This document shows, in pieces, positions 33,751 through 42,544 of a stretch of 64,000 bases of DNA. Source of the DNA: Synechococcus sp. (lineage in GTDB: Bacteria; Cyanobacteriota; Cyanobacteriia; Thermostichales; PCC-7336); contig JBFRWN010000015.1 in assembly GCA_051439605.1 (NCBI GenBank), positions 1-64,000 on the forward strand, given 5' to 3'. Below the pieces are notes generated by a model, which was not told where the DNA came from, made no database searches, and worked only from the letters and a program-made list of their open reading frames with translations. A program made the translations under genes and the position numbers. How positions within the stretch are numbered: the first letter of the stretch is position 1; every line of letters starts with the position of its first letter.

Positions 33751-35121
33751 ATGGCGACAGCAGTTCGGGTGGTGATCGTACGGCATGGCGAAAGCACCTA
33801 CAATGTCGAGCACCGCTTTCAAGGCTCGCTAAATAAATCGGTTTTAACTGAGCGGGGCCAGAAACAGGCAGTCAGTACGGGCCAGGCACTCCAAGATTTA
33901 TGCTTTGATGCGATCTTCAGTAGTCCCTTGCAAAGAGCCAGCCACACCGCAGAGGAAATTGCTGGAGTGCTGGCTACAGCAGGCAATTCTGGTGCCACAG
34001 TACAAACAACACCACTGCTCAAAGAAATCAGGCTCTACGACTGGGAAGGGTCAACCTACGAGGAAATTCAACAGCGAGATCCGCAGGAGTATGCGCTATG
34101 GAATCTACATCCCCAAGCCCTTGCAATTAAAGGTCACTACCCTCTGCGGGATTTGTGGCAACAAGCCAGGGATTTCTGGCAGTTTCTGCAGCACCAAGCC
34201 CTCTCCAACAGCAAAGATGGCAACATCCAAACAATCTTAGTTGTTGCCCACAGCGGCATCAATCGTGCTCTAGTAGGCACAGCCTTAGGCCTCGATGAAA
34301 GTGCCTACCGACAGTTCGGAATGAATAACTGCTCTATCAGCGTGCTCAATTTCATTGACGGTTTGGAAGCTCGGGCACAGTTGGAGTCCTTAAATCTAAC
34401 GGGACATGTGGGGGATTGCTTACCCCCTAGCAAAGGGGGAATTCGCCTTCTATTAGTACGCCACGGTGAAACCCAATGGAATAAAGAAAAGCGATTTCAA
34501 GGGCAGCGGGATATCCCCCTCAACCCTACAGGTGAACAACAAGGACGGCTGGCTGGGCAGTTCCTGAAAGAACAGACCATCGATATTGCATTTTCTAGCC
34601 CCCTCAAGCGTCCTTGGAAAACCGCTGAATTTATTCTGCAGGACAACACCTTTGCCCAAGCGAGTGACCCGCCTCTGGGTCTCATCCCCGTAGAGGCACT
34701 CCAGGAAATCAGTCATGGACTGTGGGAGGGATTGCTCGAACGTGAAATTGAAGCCCAGTTTCCAGGCAAAATGGCAATTTGGCTGTCAACGCCCGGAGCT
34801 GTTCAAATGCCCGAAGGGGAAAATCTAGACCAAGTGTGGGATCGATCCTTCGATGCCTGGCAGGAATTGGTTGAGAAGACGGCGGCAGTAAACGAATCAG
34901 CCACAGCTTTAGTAGTAGCCCACGATGCCGTGAACAAGGCCATATTGTGCAAGCTTTTGAATTTGGGGCCGGATGCCTTCTGGTATTTCAAACAAGGAAA
35001 TGGAGCTGTCAGTGCCATCGACTATCCCAATGGGCCTGAGGGGTTACCGGTGCTGAGGGCGTTGAACATCACCAGCCATCAGGGTGGGGTAATTGACTGT
35101 ACAGCGGCTGGAGCGCTGTAG
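33751..35121 (+). CDS. Tandem-domain histidine phosphatase (phosphoglycerate mutase family, phosphoserine-phosphatase-like)
   Basis: Two RHGE motifs, with VVAHSG and VVAHD. Start placed at ATG 33751. Confidence 0.92.
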   Translation: MATAVRVVIVRHGESTYNVEHRFQGSLNKSVLTERGQKQAVSTGQALQDLCFDAIFSSPLQRASHTAEEIAGVLATAGNSGATVQTTPLLKEIRLYDWEGSTYEEIQQRDPQEYALWNLHPQALAIKGHYPLRDLWQQARDFWQFLQHQALSNSKDGNIQTILVVAHSGINRALVGTALGLDESAYRQFGMNNCSISVLNFIDGLEARAQLESLNLTGHVGDCLPPSKGGIRLLLVRHGETQWNKEKRFQGQRDIPLNPTGEQQGRLAGQFLKEQTIDIAFSSPLKRPWKTAEFILQDNTFAQASDPPLGLIPVEALQEISHGLWEGLLEREIEAQFPGKMAIWLSTPGAVQMPEGENLDQVWDRSFDAWQELVEKTAAVNESATALVVAHDAVNKAILCKLLNLGPDAFWYFKQGNGAVSAIDYPNGPEGLPVLRALNITSHQGGVIDCTAAGAL

Positions 35122-35299
35122 ACCTCATCGCATTTACTCCGATCGATCGCGCCTGCCGACAATCCACCCAATCTATCCCCGCATAACTTAGGGAGAAGAC
35201 TATTGCTTCGAAACATCTGCTTCCCCCGAGAGCAGATAAGTCCTCAATCCTGCCAATCAAATCGATCAATCGAGCTGATTGGCCAGGTAGCACGGAAAG

Positions 35300-35734
35300 T
35301 CAAGCCATAATGGTATCCGTGGTGCGCTTCATCTCCTGCACAATGGTGAATGCCGCCTGCAAATTTTCCAATTCGACCTCGGTCACATCATCGGTGGACA
35401 AGATCGAGGCCATAGCCTGAGGACCAAACTGCAAAACATCTCCCACTCTCAACAGTCGGCTTCTAGCGGTCTTTCCATTGAGGCGCAGACCGTGATGGCT
35501 GGGCCGACTGGCACTCCCCCCATCCAACGCAAGGTACTGAGGACATTGGTCGGTCGGTCCAACACGGAAAAGCCTTGCGTGGTGGCGGGACGCGTAAGGA
35601 TCGAACAAACGAATGGCGCTACTATTAGCTCGTCCGATTGTGTAGCGTTGCTCGGACAACACGATGGCTCGGCGACCTGCACAATCGTCCATCACAATAA
35701 TCAATGACGATTGCGGGGATCGAGGGTAGGTCAT
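35300..35734 (-). CDS. FHA-domain protein
   Basis: YTIGR, ASRHHA, S.HGL.LNG, GDVLQFG. Confidence 0.88.
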   Translation of the reverse strand: MTYPRSPQSSLIIVMDDCAGRRAIVLSEQRYTIGRANSSAIRLFDPYASRHHARLFRVGPTDQCPQYLALDGGSASRPSHHGLRLNGKTARSRLLRVGDVLQFGPQAMASILSTDDVTEVELENLQAAFTIVQEMKRTTDTIMA

Positions 35735-36282
35735 TTAAATCACCTCCCATTCAACCAGAATGCGTAAATAGATGAACATACAACGGAAAGAAATTGTCAG
35801 TATTTTCACTTCACCTGAGTAACGTATACCACAAGCCAGGGCATTGCCGGTAAAAATACTGACAAGTTAAAGTATTTTTTAGACTTTGCAGTGCTTGTGA
35901 CTGCTCAATTGCGTAGAGAACTTATAGGGGAAATTTGTTTGGGTAGAGCCTGAACCGCGAGTAGGTATGCGATCGTGCATAGCTCCACTTGTAATCATTC
36001 AGAGACTATTACAACCAAGAGTTTAGCTCCAAGTGTTGTGCTCTCCACGTCGTGTCGGATGGAACATATGGCAGCTATCAAGCCGCTGAGGAAATTTGAT
36101 GAAACCGACACTGGGCCCATCCTCCACTGTCCAAAACGGAATGGCCACCACTATCGCTGACATATCCACATCGGCAGGGATAGTTGAATATGGTAAAGGT
36201 TCGCAGCTGGTGCGCGATTCTGGTCATTGCTGTTTGCTATTCAGTAAGGTTACCGAACCGTTAGTACGGTGCCAGCCAGTAC

Positions 36283-36528
36283 CTAGACCACTTGTTCCAC
36301 TTCAATAATGTCGGGGATAGACATGCGCAGCTTCCGTTCAATACCCATCTTGAGAGTGTAGGTGGAGCTAGGGCAGGAGCCGCACGCACCGTTGAGACGC
36401 AGCTTAACCACGGGGCCATCTAGCTCAACCAACTCGACGTTACCGCCATCTGCAATCAGATAGGGACGTAACTCGTCTAACACTTTTTCCACATTTTCGG
36501 GGGTCAGTTCGAGAGTGTCGGCTGACAT
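36283..36528 (-). CDS. nfuA: NifU-like Fe-S carrier
   Basis: [24 protein letters not shown]. Confidence 0.94.
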   Translation of the reverse strand: MSADTLELTPENVEKVLDELRPYLIADGGNVELVELDGPVVKLRLNGACGSCPSSTYTLKMGIERKLRMSIPDIIEVEQVV

Positions 36529-36656
36529 GGGTGCCTCTCCGATGAAATCTAGCTAGTTTTGATTTCATTCTATTCCAACTAGTGGAAGGTAGGCTTTGCA
36601 TTACTCTCTATGATGCGGATCGAGATAACCCCTTGCGAACCAAACTGCAATGCCTA

Positions 36657-36959
36657 TGTTGAGTCCCTTGTAGTCGTGCCCCCTAAACTCTGATAAAGTT
36701 GTCCCCCCGAACAATCTTCCGAAGCCTCCATAACGCTGGCTTCAGAGAATCACCAACTGGTCACCGCAAGGAATCTGTCCCGCGGAGCTAAGCCCCGCAT
36801 CGTAGCGATCATCTCACTCTTACTAAATACTGCTCGCCATCACAAATTACATTATTTTGGCTTGCAAATCGCGCTCCTCTGAAAACCTTGCAGTCAGTTT
36901 TTTTAGGACCGGCACGACTGTGGGAGACTTTGTCCGGCACGACTACACAAGATTCAACA
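36657..36959. mobile_element. 303-bp MITE-like element with TGT...ACA ends and paired subterminal repeats
   Basis: Imperfect terminal inverted repeat TGTTGAGTCCCTTGTAGTCGTGCC / GGCACGACTACACAAGATTCAACA. Repeat cores lie 15 bp from each end and again 25 bp further in (36672 and 36697; 36936 and 36911). No target-site duplication seen. Confidence 0.6.
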
Positions 36960-36973
36960 GACCCAGTCTCCCC

Positions 36974-37807
36974 CTAATCTTCGCTTTCATCTGTTGCTGT
37001 TAACCAGTTCAGGACAATTTCATTCCATCCTTCAGCTCCAGGCAACTGTGCGCGCTCCCAGGTGTCGGGATAGTCATTCCTTTGACCTTCTACAGAAGAT
37101 ATCTGACTTGGCAACAGTGCGGCATGGTGCATCAACCTCAACCAGCCAAAATCGGTTGGATCGGTACCAATTCCTAGGGAGCGAACTTGACCCACATGAT
37201 CCAGATAGCAATCTAAAAGCAACTGGACTGCAGCTGTCATGTCGGCATTGCCGGTTAAGTACCACTGTCCCCTCAGACTGGGGGTTTGTAATTGAGAGAT
37301 TTGCAGGTGGTGGCGGGCAATAGCCTGCTCTAAAGGCTTTGGAGCTCCTGTGTATGTAAAGATTTCGCTGTATTCTCGCCGATGGGCCAATTGAGCTTCT
37401 TCAGGGGTGAGCCCAAACGCCAACGCCAGCTCCCCTTCAGACCAGTCGCCAAACCCAATGATGTCCGCCCGAAGTTCTACTCTGACATCCTGTAAAACCT
37501 GCCGCAAATGGCTGTAGGGCAAGCCAAAGACGTGGAGGAATTGGCCTTCATGCAGTTCCCATCTATCGTCCAAAATGCTGGTGGGGAAATAGCGATCGGG
37601 AACTAAAACAGCAGCACCATTTTCGATCGCAACCGGATGATTAGAATCTAACTTTTCCTGGAAGGCATCAATTTCAGCACGGGTTCGACGGGTCACAAGG
37701 ATGAGCGGAATGTTTCGCCGCTCGATCGCCGCTAGGGCTGGGCGCGCTGCCCCATAACCACCAGCATCAAGCAGGCTGCCATCAAGGTTAGTAAAGATCA
37801 CTCGCAC
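36974..37807 (-). CDS. HAD-IIB mannosyl/glucosyl-3-phosphoglycerate phosphatase-like protein with degenerate active site
   Basis: VIFTNLDGSLL, ENGA, RREYSE and overall YedP/MpgP layout. Confidence 0.8.
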   Translation of the reverse strand: MRVIFTNLDGSLLDAGGYGAARPALAAIERRNIPLILVTRRTRAEIDAFQEKLDSNHPVAIENGAAVLVPDRYFPTSILDDRWELHEGQFLHVFGLPYSHLRQVLQDVRVELRADIIGFGDWSEGELALAFGLTPEEAQLAHRREYSEIFTYTGAPKPLEQAIARHHLQISQLQTPSLRGQWYLTGNADMTAAVQLLLDCYLDHVGQVRSLGIGTDPTDFGWLRLMHHAALLPSQISSVEGQRNDYPDTWERAQLPGAEGWNEIVLNWLTATDESED

Positions 37808-37947
37808 TGGATGCTCTACCTCAAGATGGCACGATCGAGTAGAGAATCTCGCTTGGGCTGATAGGGGGGGAATACAAGATGGTTGGCCTCTCCATTGAAA
37901 GCAAGATATCTTGCTTCACACAAACTACCAGAAAGTTCAGAAATGCT

Positions 37948-38187
37948 CTAGGTTTGGCCCAAGTGTCTCTGCCAATCCACCTTAGGGTACTCATCTTGCT
38001 GGTTTGTTTGTGCGGCATCAGATTTATCCCATTCATGACGAGACTGACGAATTGCGTGCTTAACGGATGGGATATCAGTCCCAGGTACAGAACCATTCTT
38101 CCGATCGCCCGTGGGGATTATGATTGACACGCGATCGCTATTGACGCCAAGAGAAGACTTAGATGGGGTCGCTTTTGTGTCATGCAT
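37948..38187 (-). CDS. Possible small hypothetical protein
   Basis: 79-codon ATG ORF co-oriented with the HAD gene in otherwise unassigned sequence. No recognised motif. Confidence 0.3.
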   Translation of the reverse strand: MHDTKATPSKSSLGVNSDRVSIIIPTGDRKNGSVPGTDIPSVKHAIRQSRHEWDKSDAAQTNQQDEYPKVDWQRHLGQT

Positions 38188-38581
38188 AACTGCATAGTGT
38201 TGTTAGCGCAGACGGTTCACGACTGTTTGGCGGGGCCTTAAAAGACGGTGTGCCCATACTGACCCATCCACTCCCTTGTCCCACTTCACAGCATTACTTC
38301 TTAGATAACGCCTTTAGAGGTAGAGTCCCGGCATTAGCTTTTTTATAGAAACGCCAGTTCCTGATATGAGTTGCCTGTATTAGGCAGTCGGTCCTGAAGA
38401 ACCTAAGTATTCGGTCATTTTTTGATAAATTCTTGTGGCTGATTTACCTCTTTTGAGGTGTGGAAATGGTCATTTCCCCGTTTCTGTAACGAGGGATTGT
38501 TCAGATTAGCACTTAAAACATGGCGGTTAAAGTTATGATGGTTGGAATATTGCTGTAAACTTAGAAACCGACAGTGTAGCC

Positions 38582-39931
38582 ATGACCGACCTGAAAGGTT
38601 TTTCTACCTCAAAAATTCGCTGGCTTCCCACCCTTAGCCTGTTTGCGCTTCCTGTTGTGATTGCCGCGATCTGGGGCTCAATGCAAAAGCCCGAGTATCG
38701 AGCTAACGCTAAGGTACTATTTCAGGCAGAAGAATTTTCTGAACTAACGGGTGTGAGAGAGAGCATTGGAGAGTTCACCTCCCTTGCCCGTCAGAATCCA
38801 CTGCTTACCGAACTTGAAGTCCTGAAATCCCGCGATTTGCTAGAACGAACGATTGAGCAACTTGATTTGCGTGGTGAAGAAGGGGAGCTACTGCCAGCCA
38901 AAGCAGTCAGTCAGAACCTGTCGGTCAAGGTTGTCGGAGCCGCTGACGTGATCGATATGTCCTACGTATCAGAAGACCCTGAATTACCTGCGCAATTCAT
39001 CAATACATTAGCTGAAAATTACATCCTTAACCTTGTTGAGCGCAAAACCGCTCAGCCCATCGAAGCCAGAAGAATCCTAAGAAGACGATTACAAAATGTT
39101 CAAGAAAGACTGGAAGCATCCAGTAATGAATTGAGGCTGTTTCAAGAAAGTAATAACCTGATCGATGCTTCGGGGTATTCAAACTTTGTGATCGACACTA
39201 TTGCAAGCTTGGATAATCAAATATTGGAGACACAGGCTCGGTTAGACGAGCTTTCAGTTCGCATCAACAGTCGTGCCAGTACTCTTGGGGTAAACACCCA
39301 GCAGGCAACGTTGGTTCGAACCCTGAATCAGGATCCCACTGTTGCTGCCACCATTGAAAACCTGGCCGCAGCAGAAAGCCAACTGGCTCAACAAAGAGCA
39401 TTTCACAATGACTCCAGCCCGATTGTGATTTCGCTTCAGGAAAATGTGCGGACCCTCAGATCTCAGCTCGAGCAGTTAACTGCTTCCTACGGTCCTAGTG
39501 TGAGTACAAACCAACTGCTATTACAGGCCGATCGCGTTCAGCAGATTTCTTTGGAAGCGATGGGTAACGAGGAAGTTGAGCGCATGGGGCTCACCTCTAG
39601 GCTCAGTGCTCTTCAGGCCTCCCGAGATGCGTATTCATCGCGACTGCAGGATTTACCGACTTTAGAGGGTGAGCAAAGCCGACTTCAATTGCAGATTCAA
39701 GCGGATGAAGAAGAGTTAGCCTTCATCAACGAACAACTACAAAGATTGGTTGTGGCAGAGCGTTCAACTATAGGTAACGCCTCATTGATTGAGACCGCGC
39801 AACCTCCGACCGGTCCTGCTGGGAACAACATGCGGGTATTCATTGTGGGTGGAATTTTGTTAGGTGGTCTTTGCGCCTCCACCTATAACTTCTGGCAACA
39901 GCAATTTGCCACTGACTCTGAGCTGAAATAA
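38582..39931 (+). CDS. GumC/Wzc-type polysaccharide chain-length determinant without kinase domain
   Basis: N-terminal TM, PEYRANAKVL, ELEVLKSRDL, long coiled coil, then IETAQPP plus a Gly-rich TM. Confidence 0.85.
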   Translation: MTDLKGFSTSKIRWLPTLSLFALPVVIAAIWGSMQKPEYRANAKVLFQAEEFSELTGVRESIGEFTSLARQNPLLTELEVLKSRDLLERTIEQLDLRGEEGELLPAKAVSQNLSVKVVGAADVIDMSYVSEDPELPAQFINTLAENYILNLVERKTAQPIEARRILRRRLQNVQERLEASSNELRLFQESNNLIDASGYSNFVIDTIASLDNQILETQARLDELSVRINSRASTLGVNTQQATLVRTLNQDPTVAATIENLAAAESQLAQQRAFHNDSSPIVISLQENVRTLRSQLEQLTASYGPSVSTNQLLLQADRVQQISLEAMGNEEVERMGLTSRLSALQASRDAYSSRLQDLPTLEGEQSRLQLQIQADEEELAFINEQLQRLVVAERSTIGNASLIETAQPPTGPAGNNMRVFIVGGILLGGLCASTYNFWQQQFATDSELK

Positions 39932-40019
39932 GTGCAGCATGTGTCGGTCAAACCCCTCAAGATTGACATGTCTACACCAACCGCTCAGCGATACTTGCAA
40001 GATATTTACCCGATCAATA

Positions 40020-40205
40020 TTAAAGGGTTGAGCAAAATGTCTATGCTCAACCCTTCTTTTCTCAATTTATCTAAACTGCAGTAACTACTGCGGTGCGTAA
40101 ACAAGGTCTTGCCCTTTGTGGGCTCAGTTTTATGCGGATAAAGTATAAGGGTCAAGGCTGTCGCTAGCTGCTTGGAGTCTATCTAGCGGTTTGTGAACAT
40201 TGTTC
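40020..40205 (-). ncRNA. psrR1: Probable PsrR1 (SyR1) photosynthesis-regulatory small RNA
   Basis: Minus strand reads ATGTTC...TAGATAGACTC..GCAGCTAGC..GCCTTGAC...CCGCATAAAAC..AGC...AGGGCAAG...GCACCGC, matching the block order I recall for PsrR1, followed by a terminator hairpin. Boundaries approximate. Confidence 0.55.
40023..40060. terminator. Probable bidirectional intrinsic terminator
   Basis: 12-bp stem AAGGGTTGAGCA / TGCTCAACCCTT with T-rich tails, between the gumC-like gene and the putative sRNA. Confidence 0.7.
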
Positions 40206-40396
40206 GAATCGAACTCTCTGTTGAAAAAGAGGTTTTGTTAGCTTGACTGAAATGTTTACAAACATAGCAACCGTCAAGTTGTTCGGAATATCTTATCTAT
40301 CCGGCATCCTAACGGGACAGCACTCTTGATGTCCTAACTAAGAAGGCCATAGAAACAACTATTTACGAAACAATAATATTTAGGAGTGACTAGGCG

Positions 40397-40996
40397 ATGT
40401 TTGAAGATCCTTACTGCCCGGATTACCTCCGTCGCGATGTAGTCGATGGAGTCGATCCATTATTTGCACAGCGTTGGTCTCCTCGTGGATTTCGGAAAGT
40501 TGAAATCCCCCCCGAGATCCTCACCACGATTTTCGATGCTGCCCGTTGGTCCCCTTCCTGCTTTAACGATCAGCCCTGGATCTTTATCACCTCAACAGAT
40601 GAGAGCTCGTTCAACCAATACCTCGGTTTACTGGTGGAAGGAAACAGAGCGTGGGCTAGAAATGCCAGCGTTTTGGGGTTTGCAGTCACCCGGCGCCACT
40701 TTGCCCGCAACGGCGAGCCCAACGACTGGTCGGCATTCGATACCGGAGCTGCTTGGATGGCCATGACCTTGCAAGCACGCCTGTACGGACTTTATACCCA
40801 CGGAATGGGGGGGATACACAAGGATGCGATATACAACCAACTCAATATCAATCGGGATAAGTACGCGGTCATTTGTGGGTTTGCCATCGGAGCTCTCGAT
40901 CGCCCCGAGTCATTGCCGCAAGAGTTGAGAGATCGAGAGATATTGTCATTGCGTAATCCCCTCTCCAGCATGTGGAATCCTGCCGATCTCAGTTAG
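40397..40996 (+). CDS. Nitroreductase-family protein
   Basis: RWSPRGF, AARWSPSCFNDQPW, FDTGAAW, HGMGG. Confidence 0.92.
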   Translation: MFEDPYCPDYLRRDVVDGVDPLFAQRWSPRGFRKVEIPPEILTTIFDAARWSPSCFNDQPWIFITSTDESSFNQYLGLLVEGNRAWARNASVLGFAVTRRHFARNGEPNDWSAFDTGAAWMAMTLQARLYGLYTHGMGGIHKDAIYNQLNINRDKYAVICGFAIGALDRPESLPQELRDREILSLRNPLSSMWNPADLS

Positions 40997-41062
40997 GTCG
41001 GACTTCAACTTCCTTCCAACTCCAACCTTTCATGACGTTCTCAGGAGAATATCGAAGTCATT

Positions 41063-41434
41063 ATGTCATCTGCCAAAAACGTTTTGGGGACCGATCTAGA
41101 ACCTTGCTGCACCTCTCCGATGACCGGATTCTATCGAGATGGATTTTGCAATACGGGAACGGGGGATTACGGCGCACATGTCGTCTGCGCCGTAATGACT
41201 CCAGAGTTCTTGACTTACACGAAAGCACAGGGGAACGACCTCAGTACCCCCGTCCCCACTTACCAATTTCCGGGCCTGAAACCCGGCGATCGGTGGTGCT
41301 TGTGTGTCTCTCGCTGGAAGGAAGCGATGGAAGATGGAATGGCACCCAAAGTAGCACTGGAATCTACTCACGCTGCAGCTCTAGAGTACGTTTCGCTGGA
41401 TGAGCTGAAAGGTCATGCGATTGAAGAATCGTAG
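41063..41434 (+). CDS. DUF2237-family protein
   Basis: TGFYRDGFC, GNDLSTP, GDRWCLCV. Confidence 0.92.
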   Translation: MSSAKNVLGTDLEPCCTSPMTGFYRDGFCNTGTGDYGAHVVCAVMTPEFLTYTKAQGNDLSTPVPTYQFPGLKPGDRWCLCVSRWKEAMEDGMAPKVALESTHAAALEYVSLDELKGHAIEES

Positions 41435-41504
41435 TTGAGCGCCTCTCTTGCGGAGTTCCAGCTAGTATGTTGCTGACTGATGATGGACCGGAGAACAGTC
41501 TGTG

Positions 41505-41735
41505 TCAGCGGAATAGCGATCTTGCCAACCAAAACAAAGCACTGAGCCCCAAGCTCAAAAGAATGCTCGTTGCCAGTGGGAAATAGAAGGTGAAATTATC
41601 CCGCTCGATCGCGATATCGCCAGGCAATCGTCCTAAAGGTACGTGCTTGAAAGTGCCGCCACTCAGCCACAACAAACCACCCACAAGCACCAGAACCATC
41701 CCAACCATCAACAGCATTTTTCCGAGTTCTACCAT
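41505..41735 (-). CDS. DUF2905-family membrane protein
   Basis: LGRLPGDI ... FYFPLATSILLS. Confidence 0.88.
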   Translation of the reverse strand: MVELGKMLLMVGMVLVLVGGLLWLSGGTFKHVPLGRLPGDIAIERDNFTFYFPLATSILLSLGLSALFWLARSLFR

Positions 41736-41947
41736 CTCTTGCTCGCTGCTACTCAGGTTATTCAGTACCATCCTCACATGGCAGATTGTATCGAGGAAAA
41801 GAGAGCTATGGCGACCGTCAAGTCGCTGAGGACATTTCAGCTATCCCAATCCATGACTAGGTATAGAAACTTACGTTCTATCTAGGGGCTTGGGACGATG
41901 GAGGTGGAACTGACAGAAAGAGACTTGGGCAAACTTACCCAAGCAAC

Positions 41948-41984
41948 AAAAACCTGGAAGTGGGGAATAGGGGCCACCTCCAGG
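41948..41984 (-). terminator. Intrinsic terminator after rplS
   Basis: Minus strand CCTGGAGGTGG ... CCACTTCCAGG followed by TTTTT. Confidence 0.7.
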
Positions 41985-42032
41985 CTTGCTGCGAAAGGAT
42001 ATTCAGTTGTGCGAGGAAATCCTCGGCAAGAG

Positions 42033-42395
42033 CTAGGCTTTACGATCGAAGCGCTGCTTGATGCGGGTTGCCTTACCTACGCGATCGCGCAGGTAGTATA
42101 GCTTGGCGCGGCGTACCTTACCGCGACGAGTGACCATAATGGACTCAATTCGGGGGGAGTGAATCAAGAAAACGCGCTCTACACCCACCCCTTGAAAAAT
42201 CTTGCGCACGGTGATGGTCTTATTGCTGCCACCGTTGCTTTCGGCAATCACTGTGCCTTCGTAGGGCTGAACCCGCTCCTTGCTGCCTTCACGGATGCGC
42301 ACCCCTACTTTTACGGTGTCGCCTATGTAAATCTTGGGCAGATCGTCCTTAATATGCTCGGACTCAATCGAGCGGATAATCTCTTGGGCGTGCAT
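42033..42395 (-). CDS. rplS: 50S ribosomal protein L19
   Basis: [29 protein letters not shown]. Confidence 0.98.
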   Translation of the reverse strand: MHAQEIIRSIESEHIKDDLPKIYIGDTVKVGVRIREGSKERVQPYEGTVIAESNGGSNKTITVRKIFQGVGVERVFLIHSPRIESIMVTRRGKVRRAKLYYLRDRVGKATRIKQRFDRKA

Positions 42396-42433
42396 GATTT
42401 ATCTCGAATTTCGCAAAATTATATCTTATCACC

Positions 42434-42483
42434 CTACATAAAAAACCATGCAGATTTTCTATATAAAAAACCATGCAGATTTT
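42434..42483. repeat. 25-bp tandem duplication in the rplS/glcE divergent region
   Basis: CTACATAAAAAACCATGCAGATTTT followed by CTATATAAAAAACCATGCAGATTTT (24/25 identical). Confidence 0.9.
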
Positions 42484-42544
42484 TCAGGCTAGACGGCGCT
42501 CGCCATTGCAGGGATGCTGGTATCGAGAGTTTGAGGACTGAGGA

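Noticed and set aside
36657..36959. Retron msr-msd reading of the long-range inverted repeat
   Set aside because: No reverse transcriptase lies nearby, and the end architecture fits a transposon derivative better.
41780..42032. Expected tRNA-Trp/secE downstream of rplS
   Set aside because: No cloverleaf or SecE-like ORF found. Only a terminator is present.
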